Of a stretch of DNA of 64,000 nucleotides, positions 54,757 to 63,558 are shown one piece after another; the first letter of the stretch is position 1, and each line of letters starts with the position of its first letter. The translations under genes and the position numbers were made by a program. The notes under the pieces were generated by a model. It saw only the letters and a program-made list of their open reading frames with translations. It was not told where the DNA came from and did no database searches. The DNA comes from a virus: positions 80,303-144,302 of the IMG/VR virus record IMGVR_UViG_3300024239_000011, one strand, 5' to 3'.

Positions 54757-54968
54757 CTCTCAGCGCAATTACCCGTACACGGTTCTGGTACTTCGACATT
54801 CATCACCACGTTGTGAAGTTCATCCACAGCGTCGTCATGCTGTTCCATGGCGCGAATAAATGCCCCTTGCCAAGCATCACAGTCGCTTGGCGGATTCTGG
54901 TCCAGCCATTCGTGCAGAGCTTTGATATGGGCGGCAAATTTCTCTGCCGCTTCAACCATGACCGTCAT
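54747..54968 (-). CDS. hypothetical protein
   Basis: 73-aa ORF; overlapping start/stop. Confidence 0.35.
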   Translation of the reverse strand: MTVMVEAAEKFAAHIKALHEWLDQNPPSDCDAWQGAFIRAMEQHDDAVDELHNVVMNVEVPEPCTGNCAESCH

Positions 54969-55492
54969 AGACCAGCCCCCACGATGTCCCGGATCGCCTG
55001 AAGGTGATCAACCGGCTTGGGTTTGTTCTCTCGCTCGAAGGCTTCCATGAACAAAGTGGGATAGGTCTTGGAGTAATGCTTCTGACCCGAGTACAACATC
55101 GGAAGAAGCGACTTCCCAGTGCCGCCCTGTTGCGACAGGATAAAGGGAGTGTTCAGCTTCATTGCCTGCTCGCGAAGCTTGTCAACCCACTCAGCCATCG
55201 CGGCATACATCGACTTGGTTTCAGCGCGAGCAGTCTCACTCATACTGAGGCAAGCATCCGGGTCGTAATAGAAAATCTTGTTCGGCATCAGCGCACCCAA
55301 TTGGGTCTTCGGCTCACGACTCTTTGCCACGAAAATGTTCATTTCGCCGCGCCGAATACCGCCAGCAAGTTTGTCGATACGGTCAAACCCGGAGACGACC
55401 CACGGGGTGTCCTTAACCGAATCATTACCTTCAGTAACGTAAATCTCTTCCATCGGGCGAACCCTCCCTAAAACGTCAACCACATTCCCCAT
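54965..55492 (-). CDS. hypothetical protein; C-terminal DHLQAIRDIVG motif
   Basis: 175-aa ORF. Confidence 0.45.
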   Translation of the reverse strand: MGNVVDVLGRVRPMEEIYVTEGNDSVKDTPWVVSGFDRIDKLAGGIRRGEMNIFVAKSREPKTQLGALMPNKIFYYDPDACLSMSETARAETKSMYAAMAEWVDKLREQAMKLNTPFILSQQGGTGKSLLPMLYSGQKHYSKTYPTLFMEAFERENKPKPVDHLQAIRDIVGAGL

Positions 55493-55935
55493 TCCATGTC
55501 GGCGGGGTCAATTTTATTCAGCAAACGTTGAACTGCCGGGATGAACTTGTCCTTCGCTTCCTGCGGCATGTCATGAATTTTGCAGAAATTCTTCCCGTAC
55601 TGGCTGATCTCGAACCGGTGCCCAACGATCAGTGCAATGGTTTGACACTGCATGGGATCACCATGCCAAGCTTTCGGGTTGTGAAGGACGGTCGTTTCGA
55701 CCCCCATTGCATGTTGGTTCTCGTCTGGGATTAATTCGTATTCAAGATCATGCAGGCTGCGGTTATCTTCGATTTCGCGCCACATAGGGGCGCCACACTC
55801 GCCGCAGAATTTAGACGGGCTTTCCGGGTGAGTGCATCCACGTTCTTGTCCGTGGTTAAGGTAGGCGTCGTAGATCACGTCAGCAGGTATCTTGTACCCG
55901 ACGAAGACGGACGCATGGCATGTGTGTCCCATCAT
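55468..55935 (-). CDS. hypothetical Cys/His-rich protein
   Basis: 155-aa ORF. Confidence 0.45.
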   Translation of the reverse strand: MMGHTCHASVFVGYKIPADVIYDAYLNHGQERGCTHPESPSKFCGECGAPMWREIEDNRSLHDLEYELIPDENQHAMGVETTVLHNPKAWHGDPMQCQTIALIVGHRFEISQYGKNFCKIHDMPQEAKDKFIPAVQRLLNKIDPADMEWGMWLTF

Positions 55936-56405
55936 AACCCCCCAACGATGTCACGAATAGCTTGAAGATAATCAGGTTTGTTCCGCGCCTGGATGAACTC
56001 TTGAATATCGCCTTCGGTTGGATTGATGAAAAGCTGTGTGTTTGGATACCGAGTTCCAATCCGACGCATCAACGCACCGAGCTTTCTCGGTAGCCATGTG
56101 TGTTTGGTTTCTACCTACCGTACTTGTCCCGCCGCGCGGTCGAGAGAAGCAGTGCCTATACAGGGTCGGTCAAGAGGTACACAAACCTCTTAATTACTTT
56201 TGAACGACGGTGAAATACGAACCATCCACCCGGTTGCCAAAAGCGTTCAGATGGACTTCAGTATTTCCGTCCTTGAGGATCAACGTCTCAGATTCACCGT
56301 TATCCTCGCTGGTAATCACCACATCATCCTTCAGAAAAGGACGGAGGCTGTTGGCCACATCTTCAAGACGTTCGGCAATGGACATCATGATCCTCGTTGT
56401 ATTTG

Positions 56406-56491
56406 TGGTGCGGGTGAGAGGATTCGAACCTCCATGGATTGCTCCGCTGCGACCTAAACGCAGTGTGTCTAGCCAATTTCACCACACCCGC
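56406..56491 (-). tRNA. tRNA-Leu(TAG)
   Basis: acceptor GCGGGTG/CACCCGC, A73, anticodon arm CTGCG-TTTAGGT-CGCAG, long variable arm, T arm GAGG-TTCGAAT-CCTC. Confidence 0.85.
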
Positions 56492-56519
56492 ATCTTTACC
56501 ACGTTTACCAACAAGGGGT

Positions 56520-56603
56520 TGGTGCGAGAGACGAGACTCGAACTCGTAAGCCTTGCGGCAGCAGTGTTTGAGACTGCCGTGTATGCCGTTCCACCACTCT
56601 CGC
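56520..56603 (-). tRNA. tRNA-Leu(CAA)
   Basis: acceptor GCGAGAG/CTCTCGC, A73, anticodon arm GCAGT-CTCAAAC-ACTGC, long variable arm, T arm ACGAG-TTCGAGT-CTCGT. Confidence 0.85.
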
Positions 56604-56617
56604 TCCGTGGTGAATAT

Positions 56618-57253
56618 TTATGTATCAGAGCTTTCCAGTAGCAGCAACAATTTTTTGGCCCGCTTGTAATTTCCCCCTTTCGGGTCTAGTCCAACCTCAA
56701 TCAACGCTTGGCGAATGCTATCTGTGCGAGCAAGAGCGGTAATTAAGTCTTGGTCAGGTACCTTAATTCGACCAGTGTTTCTACGTCCCTTAAATGTCGG
56801 TGTTTGGCTATGGCAGTTGGGACACAAAAATCGTAAATTTTCCAAACGATTATCACGTCGATTGCCGTTTATATGGTCGAGTTCGAGAATCAGGGGTTTG
56901 TTATTCCATGACCCGTCCAAACCACATTCAGTACATTTGTATGGTAATAGACGTTCAGTCAAAATCAACTTTTTCAATCGTTCTGTTGTAATCTCAGACC
57001 CTTCTATAAAAATATTAGACGGCTCTACTTTGCGTTTTACTCTTCCGTCTGATAAAACGGTTTTGTGTTTATTCCAAGGTGTTTGACCTTTGAAATGATC
57101 ATAAGCCATTTTTCCGTCTTCATGCGCCTTGCGTAATCCTGCTGCATTTTTTTCTTTAACAGCAGGGCACGCATTATAGCTAGTTGTACAGCATTGGCGC
57201 CCGTTTCTAAGAACATTTGTTGCTTCATTTCCACAACCATATTCACATAACAT
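56618..57253 (-). CDS. HNH homing endonuclease (tRNA-adjacent family)
   Basis: ELDHINGNRRDNRLENLRFLCPNCHS. Confidence 0.8.
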   Translation of the reverse strand: MLCEYGCGNEATNVLRNGRQCCTTSYNACPAVKEKNAAGLRKAHEDGKMAYDHFKGQTPWNKHKTVLSDGRVKRKVEPSNIFIEGSEITTERLKKLILTERLLPYKCTECGLDGSWNNKPLILELDHINGNRRDNRLENLRFLCPNCHSQTPTFKGRRNTGRIKVPDQDLITALARTDSIRQALIEVGLDPKGGNYKRAKKLLLLLESSDT

Positions 57254-57416
57254 TTGATACCTCCATATAAAACACAGAGGTATTTAGCAAATTGGTATAC
57301 GCATCATGTCTACACTGCAAAATTAAAGCTTTTGGCCGGTCGCAACATCTTTTTGTACGACTTGACAATACTACTCAGGGCTGTTATCTTGGCGGAAATT
57401 TCCAAGGAACTTCACC

Positions 57417-57866
57417 ATGGTAAAGCCCGCGAAGCACAATTTCTCTGTCGTTTCGATGCTGGCGCTTCACTGTAAGTTTAGCGCCCAGTCTCCCGATCTG
57501 ATGGTGATGGTTCACCAGTCCACGGGCGGCGACTGCTGCACGACCGGTTGCGTGTTCTTCGACCGGGGTAAGTGCCCGTCCTACCAGAAGCTCAAGACCG
57601 CCGAGACTGGCAGCAAGGCTGCCCTGGAAAGCGTGCTGCACCACACGGGCATGTTGACCCTGGTGATGGGGATGAGTGCCAACTACGGCATTCAGCCGCC
57701 CTACATCGTCGCCGGGCTGTCCAACCTGCTCGCGGCGAACCCGCTGGTTCCCACGGCGGAAGAACTGTGGGTGGGCGCCAAGACCAAGTTCCCCAGCGAG
57801 GACGGCGGCATCGACACCGATGCGCTGGCGGCGAAGATCAAGGAAATCTACAAGCTGCGGGGTTAA
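57417..57866 (+). CDS. hypothetical protein
   Basis: AAGGAA RBS; GC-rich stretch with competing antisense ORFs. Confidence 0.4.
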   Translation: MVKPAKHNFSVVSMLALHCKFSAQSPDLMVMVHQSTGGDCCTTGCVFFDRGKCPSYQKLKTAETGSKAALESVLHHTGMLTLVMGMSANYGIQPPYIVAGLSNLLAANPLVPTAEELWVGAKTKFPSEDGGIDTDALAAKIKEIYKLRG

Positions 57867-57870
57867 CGCC

Positions 57871-58227
57871 ATGCCGAAGATGAACGCCAATGACGCGATG
57901 CTTCGGATGGGCATCGCGTTGACCGAGAAGCGCGTAGAGTCGGAAGTTCTCTGCGCGGTTCCGTTCGAACACAAGGTCAATGTGGTCGTGCGCAACGGTA
58001 AGCAGGGATCGAATCGCTACACCGTGGTAACCTTCTATGATGGTACCCCGGCAAGCGCCAGCGGCACCCTGACCGGCTGGGTGGACATCGCCTTTTATTT
58101 GGAAGGCGAAGGTTGTAAGAACGTCAATGAAGTCGTCTGGAAACGCGAACCGAATGAACGGGCGTTTCGGCGCATGGCGAGCGTTCTGACCACGATTCAA
58201 GCGTTTGAAGAAATGCAGGGGCGTTAA
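57871..58227 (+). CDS. hypothetical protein
   Basis: ATG right after upstream stop. Confidence 0.4.
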   Translation: MPKMNANDAMLRMGIALTEKRVESEVLCAVPFEHKVNVVVRNGKQGSNRYTVVTFYDGTPASASGTLTGWVDIAFYLEGEGCKNVNEVVWKREPNERAFRRMASVLTTIQAFEEMQGR

Positions 58228-58229
58228 TC

Positions 58230-58601
58230 ATGGGAATGTGTTTTCCGTTTTCGGTATCGGCACACGAGATTGCGCCGTATGACCACAAGTACGGCGGTGG
58301 ACGACATTTTTCTGCTATTCACTTGGTGTGGAATCGGTGGGTTGACCATGGTAATTCCCGCACACCCACGAAGCTGGGATCGTGGAAGGGGACATGTATC
58401 ACCGTCAATGACGACATCGCAATCATTCAACTAATTGATCCCCCGGCTGGTTGGTCCCGTACTGTGAAAGTTCCCATCACCATGATCAAACGGTGGTGTG
58501 ACGAATCAAGGCATGTGCGTGACTGGTTCGAGGCTGAATGGCAACCGTCCGCGTGGCGTCGTCTATGTGGCTGGATCGCCAACAAGATCAAGAAAGGTTG
58601 A
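58230..58601 (+). CDS. hypothetical protein
   Basis: 123-aa ORF. Confidence 0.4.
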   Translation: MGMCFPFSVSAHEIAPYDHKYGGGRHFSAIHLVWNRWVDHGNSRTPTKLGSWKGTCITVNDDIAIIQLIDPPAGWSRTVKVPITMIKRWCDESRHVRDWFEAEWQPSAWRRLCGWIANKIKKG

Positions 58602-58605
58602 TCAG

Positions 58606-59424
58606 ATGCCGTTGCTGAATTGGGCGCCGCTCAAAGACTATGTACCGGAAGGGCATTATGGTTGTTGGATCAACCAAGATGGGTTGGTACACCGGGTTGG
58701 CTTCCAGGCGCATTGGCAAGTTGCTGCTATGTGTTTCGGTTCGGATTACGGTAATGCCAACAGCGCCGCGTTGCATGCCGGGTGGATTGGTATTAAGCAC
58801 CATCCGTTTGAGGTCAGCGCGGATTTCTACGCACCCACGAAGAAGGCGCAGCGGGTGGCAGTGAAGTTGCTGCGTGATTTCTGTAAGGCGCACAACCCGC
58901 AGATTTTCACTACCTTGACTGCGCGGCATGAAACCCTACAGGAAATGCTCGCGTATATCAACGATCCCTGGCAGGAGCCGATGAAGGATGGGGAAATCCG
59001 CCATACCTACCTGGGTTCGGCGTTCGAGGACTTGTCCGGTACTGCGCGTACTGACGTAGAACCATGCATGCCGCATGCCTGGATTATCGACAATAATTGT
59101 GAAGATCAGCCGATTCCCATGGAAGAATACGCTTCTTTCAACCGGGAAGTGTTGCATGTTGTTATTCCGAAGACACGTCGGGATGCGGACCCCATAGATA
59201 TTCAGTCTGACACTCTTGATTCGATTCTGGATTTTGGAATGCGGCACTACTTGAAGGTGCCGCTGATTTTGTTCGGTATGGATCAGACATACCGGTGGGC
59301 AATGGATCAAGTCTTCCCGGTATTGACCGGTAAGAAAGTAGATTTCAAGTATTGCCATACAGGTTTACGAGATGCGTTGATAAATCGTGCGCAGGAACGA
59401 AAAATGATGTTGACAATGGAGTAG
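58606..59424 (+). CDS. hypothetical protein
   Basis: 272-aa ORF from internal ATG. Confidence 0.45.
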   Translation: MPLLNWAPLKDYVPEGHYGCWINQDGLVHRVGFQAHWQVAAMCFGSDYGNANSAALHAGWIGIKHHPFEVSADFYAPTKKAQRVAVKLLRDFCKAHNPQIFTTLTARHETLQEMLAYINDPWQEPMKDGEIRHTYLGSAFEDLSGTARTDVEPCMPHAWIIDNNCEDQPIPMEEYASFNREVLHVVIPKTRRDADPIDIQSDTLDSILDFGMRHYLKVPLILFGMDQTYRWAMDQVFPVLTGKKVDFKYCHTGLRDALINRAQERKMMLTME

Positions 59425-59472
59425 ATGGCTCTATTATAGCCATGTGACAGAAAAAGGGGTAAAAGGGTCGTT

Positions 59473-60072
59473 GTGACCACCCGGCTCTCTGTGAAAACGG
59501 AGTGTCACGAAATGGAAAATGAGACCGCCCAGAGTGGCGTTACTAAGATTGTCGAGCCTGCTCTTGTTGCACTCGACACCACCAATCTCCCTCAAGAACT
59601 GATCAAACCACTGGCACAGCTTCAGAGCCTCTATGCTCTACGCTCCATGTCGGCTGATGATTGGGTTGAAACTCACGGCTCCGGAACCTTGCGTAAGAAC
59701 AAGCGCATTGGTTTTGCGTGGAAAGCCCAGTACCGCGAAGAACGTGCCGCCTATGAGTTTGGCTGGACGTTTGAAGTTGTCCCTGCCAGTCGGGTGATGT
59801 GGGGTATCCCCTTCACTGAAGGTGATTGTCACGCGGTTACTGAAGCTGGATGGCACATCGAACGCTTCTTCGAGAAGAAAGTGTTTGCCGAAGACTTCTA
59901 CGAAGCCAAGTACATCAAAGTCGAATACCCTGATGGGGCGACCAAAGAAGGTATTGGCATCGTCGTGCGCCAGACCTCGGCCAAATGGGTCGGGGAAGGT
60001 CAGCTTGTCTTCGCCATTGTTGCCGAGTTCGTGCCGGGCAAAGGCTGGAAAGAAGCCGAGAACCCGTTCTAG
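59473..60072 (+). CDS. hypothetical protein
   Basis: 199-aa ORF. Confidence 0.45.
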   Translation: MTTRLSVKTECHEMENETAQSGVTKIVEPALVALDTTNLPQELIKPLAQLQSLYALRSMSADDWVETHGSGTLRKNKRIGFAWKAQYREERAAYEFGWTFEVVPASRVMWGIPFTEGDCHAVTEAGWHIERFFEKKVFAEDFYEAKYIKVEYPDGATKEGIGIVVRQTSAKWVGEGQLVFAIVAEFVPGKGWKEAENPF

Positions 60073-60083
60073 GGAGTCGTGTC

Positions 60084-60599
60084 ATGGAATTTGTCTTTGA
60101 AAAAGGCTTGTTCCCCGACAACTGGTGCTACGTCCGGAACATTTTCATCATCGGCAAGACCAAAAGCGCCAAGAGCGCCTTGGCTGACTGGATTGAGACG
60201 AAATATCCGGAATTCTGCCGGGTTCAGGCTTCGGAATGGATCAAGGCAGAATGCCCGTGGGAAAGCTACCAGTTGTTAGAGGACAGCTATCCTGAGTATG
60301 TGAAGTTCCTCAGTCATCTGAGCGCAAAACGTCTCAAGGAGAACCCAGACGCTTGCATCGACTACATCAAGCGGAAGTATCGGATTGAAAACGGTATGTA
60401 CGCAATTGAGGGCATTCGGAACCCTCGCGACTTCATGTCGTTGTTTGACCCTGAACGGGACATGGTGCTTTTCTTGAGCAACCCCGGTCATGAGTTCGAC
60501 GGCAATTTCGATGACGGTATCGAGGTGATCAAGGGTTATGTGGAATGGCTGGCGAAACACATGCTGTTCGCCAATTTTGAGGGGGTGTTGGTAAAATGA
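60084..60599 (+). CDS. hypothetical protein
   Basis: 171-aa ORF. Confidence 0.45.
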   Translation: MEFVFEKGLFPDNWCYVRNIFIIGKTKSAKSALADWIETKYPEFCRVQASEWIKAECPWESYQLLEDSYPEYVKFLSHLSAKRLKENPDACIDYIKRKYRIENGMYAIEGIRNPRDFMSLFDPERDMVLFLSNPGHEFDGNFDDGIEVIKGYVEWLAKHMLFANFEGVLVK

Positions 60600-61114
60600 T
60601 TCGCTATGATTTGCCGAAGCCGATCAAAGCTGTGATCGCGGAAATGTATCTCTACGACATGGACGAAACCAAGACTGCCTGGGTGCCCTGTAAGGTGTTC
60701 GCCATCGACGCCTACCCAGGAGAAGCCCTGACTGTCACCGTCCTGCTCGATGATGGGTCGATGTTCAACTACATTCCGTTGGACGCGGTAATGACCAAGG
60801 CACCAGAGGAAGGCGCGTTCCTGCTCCCCTACACCGATCTGGTCTACAACAACTGCATTGGTGGCAAGGTGGCTGTCACCGTCCACGAGGTACTAAATCA
60901 GCCGGTGTGGGCTTATTTCAAGAACAAGAACCTCTGGATGGGTGCCGAGTTCGTCTGTTGCTTGGATTTCTATGAGGGCAACGACCTGATGAACTTCTTG
61001 ATCTTGGAGAGCGGGCAGTTTGCGGCACTCCCCAACCACAAGATCAAGTTCGGAGCGAACGCACCCAAGGAATTGCCCCAGTACAAAAAACTGCGGAAGG
61101 TCTGGAAGGTCTAA
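60596..61114 (+). CDS. hypothetical protein
   Basis: ATGA overlap. Confidence 0.45.
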   Translation: MIRYDLPKPIKAVIAEMYLYDMDETKTAWVPCKVFAIDAYPGEALTVTVLLDDGSMFNYIPLDAVMTKAPEEGAFLLPYTDLVYNNCIGGKVAVTVHEVLNQPVWAYFKNKNLWMGAEFVCCLDFYEGNDLMNFLILESGQFAALPNHKIKFGANAPKELPQYKKLRKVWKV

Positions 61115-61142
61115 AATGAAAGGGCGAGGATTACCCGCCCTT

Positions 61143-61481
61143 TCAAATAACCGGTTCACCGAGGATTTGCACAACTTCCAAAATCGCCGGGTCCACAAAC
61201 GCCGTGAAATAATCATCCGCGCCATTCATGATGTGGACCGTATCATCAATGAACGTAACCGTGGGATTACCATCAATGATGGTTGGAATGATTCGAATGG
61301 CGACCCGTTCCGGTGCCATTACCGCCATGCCCTTTTCATTCTCTTTGGGGTCGGCGGCGATATACGCCAGCGACCCCACCTTCGGGGTGTGGTTGCGCGC
61401 GACCGGATCACGGGTCGTTATGCGAAGAATCGTTCCGGCGTCCCATTTCATGACAACCCCCCTTCTAATGCTGATATTCAC
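61143..61481 (-). CDS. hypothetical protein
   Basis: 112-aa ORF. Confidence 0.4.
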   Translation of the reverse strand: MNISIRRGVVMKWDAGTILRITTRDPVARNHTPKVGSLAYIAADPKENEKGMAVMAPERVAIRIIPTIIDGNPTVTFIDDTVHIMNGADDYFTAFVDPAILEVVQILGEPVI

Positions 61482-62007
61482 CGTTCCAAACCGGAATGTC
61501 GCTAATTTTCATGCGCAGAACCGGGCGACTATCCAACAATTCTTTGGCAGCGATACGACGAGCCGAAAACTGATCCTTCTTGCCAATATGGTTCAGGTCG
61601 TAAAGCGTGCGGTAGCTACCGTTCGGAATGAAAAACGGATCGAAGCCAAAGGCATCGGACGGGGCATTGTCAGTCTTAACCAGCGTGCCCGTGATCACGC
61701 CCCTATAAACGTGAATGTGTTCACCGTCATTGTAGCCGAGCGAAACGACCCACTGGGCGTCTTTGGCAGTTTTGATCTGGTTTAGCTTCCAGCGAATGTC
61801 AACGACTTCTTCGCCGTCGATGACAAGGATGGTGTCTTCGACAACCATATCCTTGCCAGCGTCAAGAGCCTTGTAGAGAATGACCTGATCGGGAGTGCCT
61901 TGGACTTCCTTTAGGTCCAAGCCCTTCTTGATCTGAATGTCAAGACCGAGGCGCCGAAATTCGGCAAGCTTCTTGTCATTGGACGAAACCAGATACATGT
62001 CAGACAT
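61465..62007 (-). CDS. rdgB: Ham1/RdgB-family non-canonical NTP pyrophosphatase (ITPase)
   Basis: LVSSNDKKLAEF N-terminus, GFDPFFIP...SARRIA C-terminal motif. Confidence 0.7.
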   Translation of the reverse strand: MSDMYLVSSNDKKLAEFRRLGLDIQIKKGLDLKEVQGTPDQVILYKALDAGKDMVVEDTILVIDGEEVVDIRWKLNQIKTAKDAQWVVSLGYNDGEHIHVYRGVITGTLVKTDNAPSDAFGFDPFFIPNGSYRTLYDLNHIGKKDQFSARRIAAKELLDSRPVLRMKISDIPVWNGEYQH

Positions 62008-62093
62008 CCGCGTTGGTGAGCCACAAATATAAGTTTTTCCGGTACAACTGTCAACCCTGAGGTACTAAATATCAGTAAATCAAGGGACTGGTA

Positions 62094-63056
62094 ATGCGCA
62101 TCAAAGAAATCCTCGAAGATACATCCACATCACCATGGTACTTTGTCATTTCCAAGGATGGTATGGCCAAGGTATTCAATGAAGATGATCCCGAATACCT
62201 GAAGCATATCTGTGATCTGGGCTGGGAAGTTGAATGGGATAGCGCCCGTAGTCCCGAGCAAGGATACCGTTTTGCCCGTGAACATGGATTGAAACCTGTT
62301 GGTCAAAAAGAAAGCCCGCTTGACAATCCGAACTTCCGTAAATGGTTCGCAGGCAGTAAGGTTGTAGACAAGAACGGTAATCCGCTTGTCGCCTACCATG
62401 GCACGTCCCAGGATTTTGAGGCATTCAGTGTGAAACCCACCAAGAACGTTGGTCGTTATGGTTTCAACCGTATTGGGTTCTGGTTTGATACCGACCCCAC
62501 TACCCCTAATTATTTCGCGGGCGATGATGGCGATAGTATTGAAGGGCGTCAGGGTGGTGGAAACGTTATGCCGTGTTACCTGTCGATCAAACACCCATTG
62601 GTTATTACCAGTGAGGCTTTAAGCGCACGAATGGAAGCACAGCTTCGTGATCTGTGGGCACAACATAAGGCGCTCTGGCAGAAATACAACACCGAACGTA
62701 AGGCGACCCCCACTTACGATGATAACCTTCATCGAAAATATAGTGCCCTGTCCAAGAAAATCATGGCTGAAATTGAAGATATCAAAGCTCGGCGCGGGTC
62801 GGATTCTTTCTATAAACTCATGAGCCTACTTCCCCATGGACCAAAGACCAAGGATGCCGATGTTGACCAATTTGTGGCTGACGCGAAAGCCGAGGGATAT
62901 GACGGCATTCTGCTCAAGGATACCCTGGCAGATGACGGCTCCCGTGGTGGGAAGCTGACTGACTGGTGGTTGCCTTTCGACCCCCACCAGATCAAGTCAG
63001 TGTTCAATAAGGGCACGTGGAGTACGGAGACGCCCAAGCTCTCCGAAGGGGCTTAA
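62094..63056 (+). CDS. putative ADP-ribosyltransferase-fold protein (H-G-T class candidate)
   Basis: LVAYHGTSQDFEAF then GRYGF; assignment tentative. Confidence 0.4.
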   Translation: MRIKEILEDTSTSPWYFVISKDGMAKVFNEDDPEYLKHICDLGWEVEWDSARSPEQGYRFAREHGLKPVGQKESPLDNPNFRKWFAGSKVVDKNGNPLVAYHGTSQDFEAFSVKPTKNVGRYGFNRIGFWFDTDPTTPNYFAGDDGDSIEGRQGGGNVMPCYLSIKHPLVITSEALSARMEAQLRDLWAQHKALWQKYNTERKATPTYDDNLHRKYSALSKKIMAEIEDIKARRGSDSFYKLMSLLPHGPKTKDADVDQFVADAKAEGYDGILLKDTLADDGSRGGKLTDWWLPFDPHQIKSVFNKGTWSTETPKLSEGA

Positions 63057-63316
63057 TCCAGTCCCAACCGGGCACGGACGTGCAGGTTCACCACATCCAT
63101 ATCAACCACCTTTCGAGTGGCGCGTGCCCGCTGAAAATGGCTCGCGAAAACCTCTTTGGCCGTTTTCTGCTTGATTGCCGTGCGGAGTGCCCAGCGCGTA
63201 GAGATTCGTTCCAGGCTGGCGGCGATGTGGGGGAGCAATCCAGCCTTCCAAAGAAGGATAGATTCGCGGGTAACGACGTAAGCTGTTGGGGAGTTTTTGC
63301 TAAGAATGAACAACAT
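63053..63316 (-). CDS. hypothetical protein
   Basis: 87-aa ORF. Confidence 0.3.
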   Translation of the reverse strand: MLFILSKNSPTAYVVTRESILLWKAGLLPHIAASLERISTRWALRTAIKQKTAKEVFASHFQRARATRKVVDMDVVNLHVRARLGLD

Positions 63317-63558
63317 ATAGTACCTCCTTGCTGTAGGCGTGAAAAGACATCCCGTAGTTCACTATTCAGGACCGTCTTTCGTATTTTCCTACAGTGAGTT
63401 GGTCTTACATGTTGGTTTACCTTGCAGTTCTGCTGGTATTTAGTCGGTAATTAGCATAGTCGCTGGAAAACCTTCAATTTTCCGCGAGATTGTCCCTTTG
63501 AAAAAGTAAGAAAGGTGGGGTATAGTCCGGGTATATCCAACTCCCGGAGGCTCGGACT

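Noticed and set aside
57384-58200. Minus-strand ORFs 57384..57995 (203 aa) and 57838..58200 (120 aa) in the GC-rich stretch
   Set aside because: Arg/Gly/Ala/His-rich antisense readings of the plus-strand genes 57417..57866 and 57871..58227, which have RBSs and continue the plus-strand operon.
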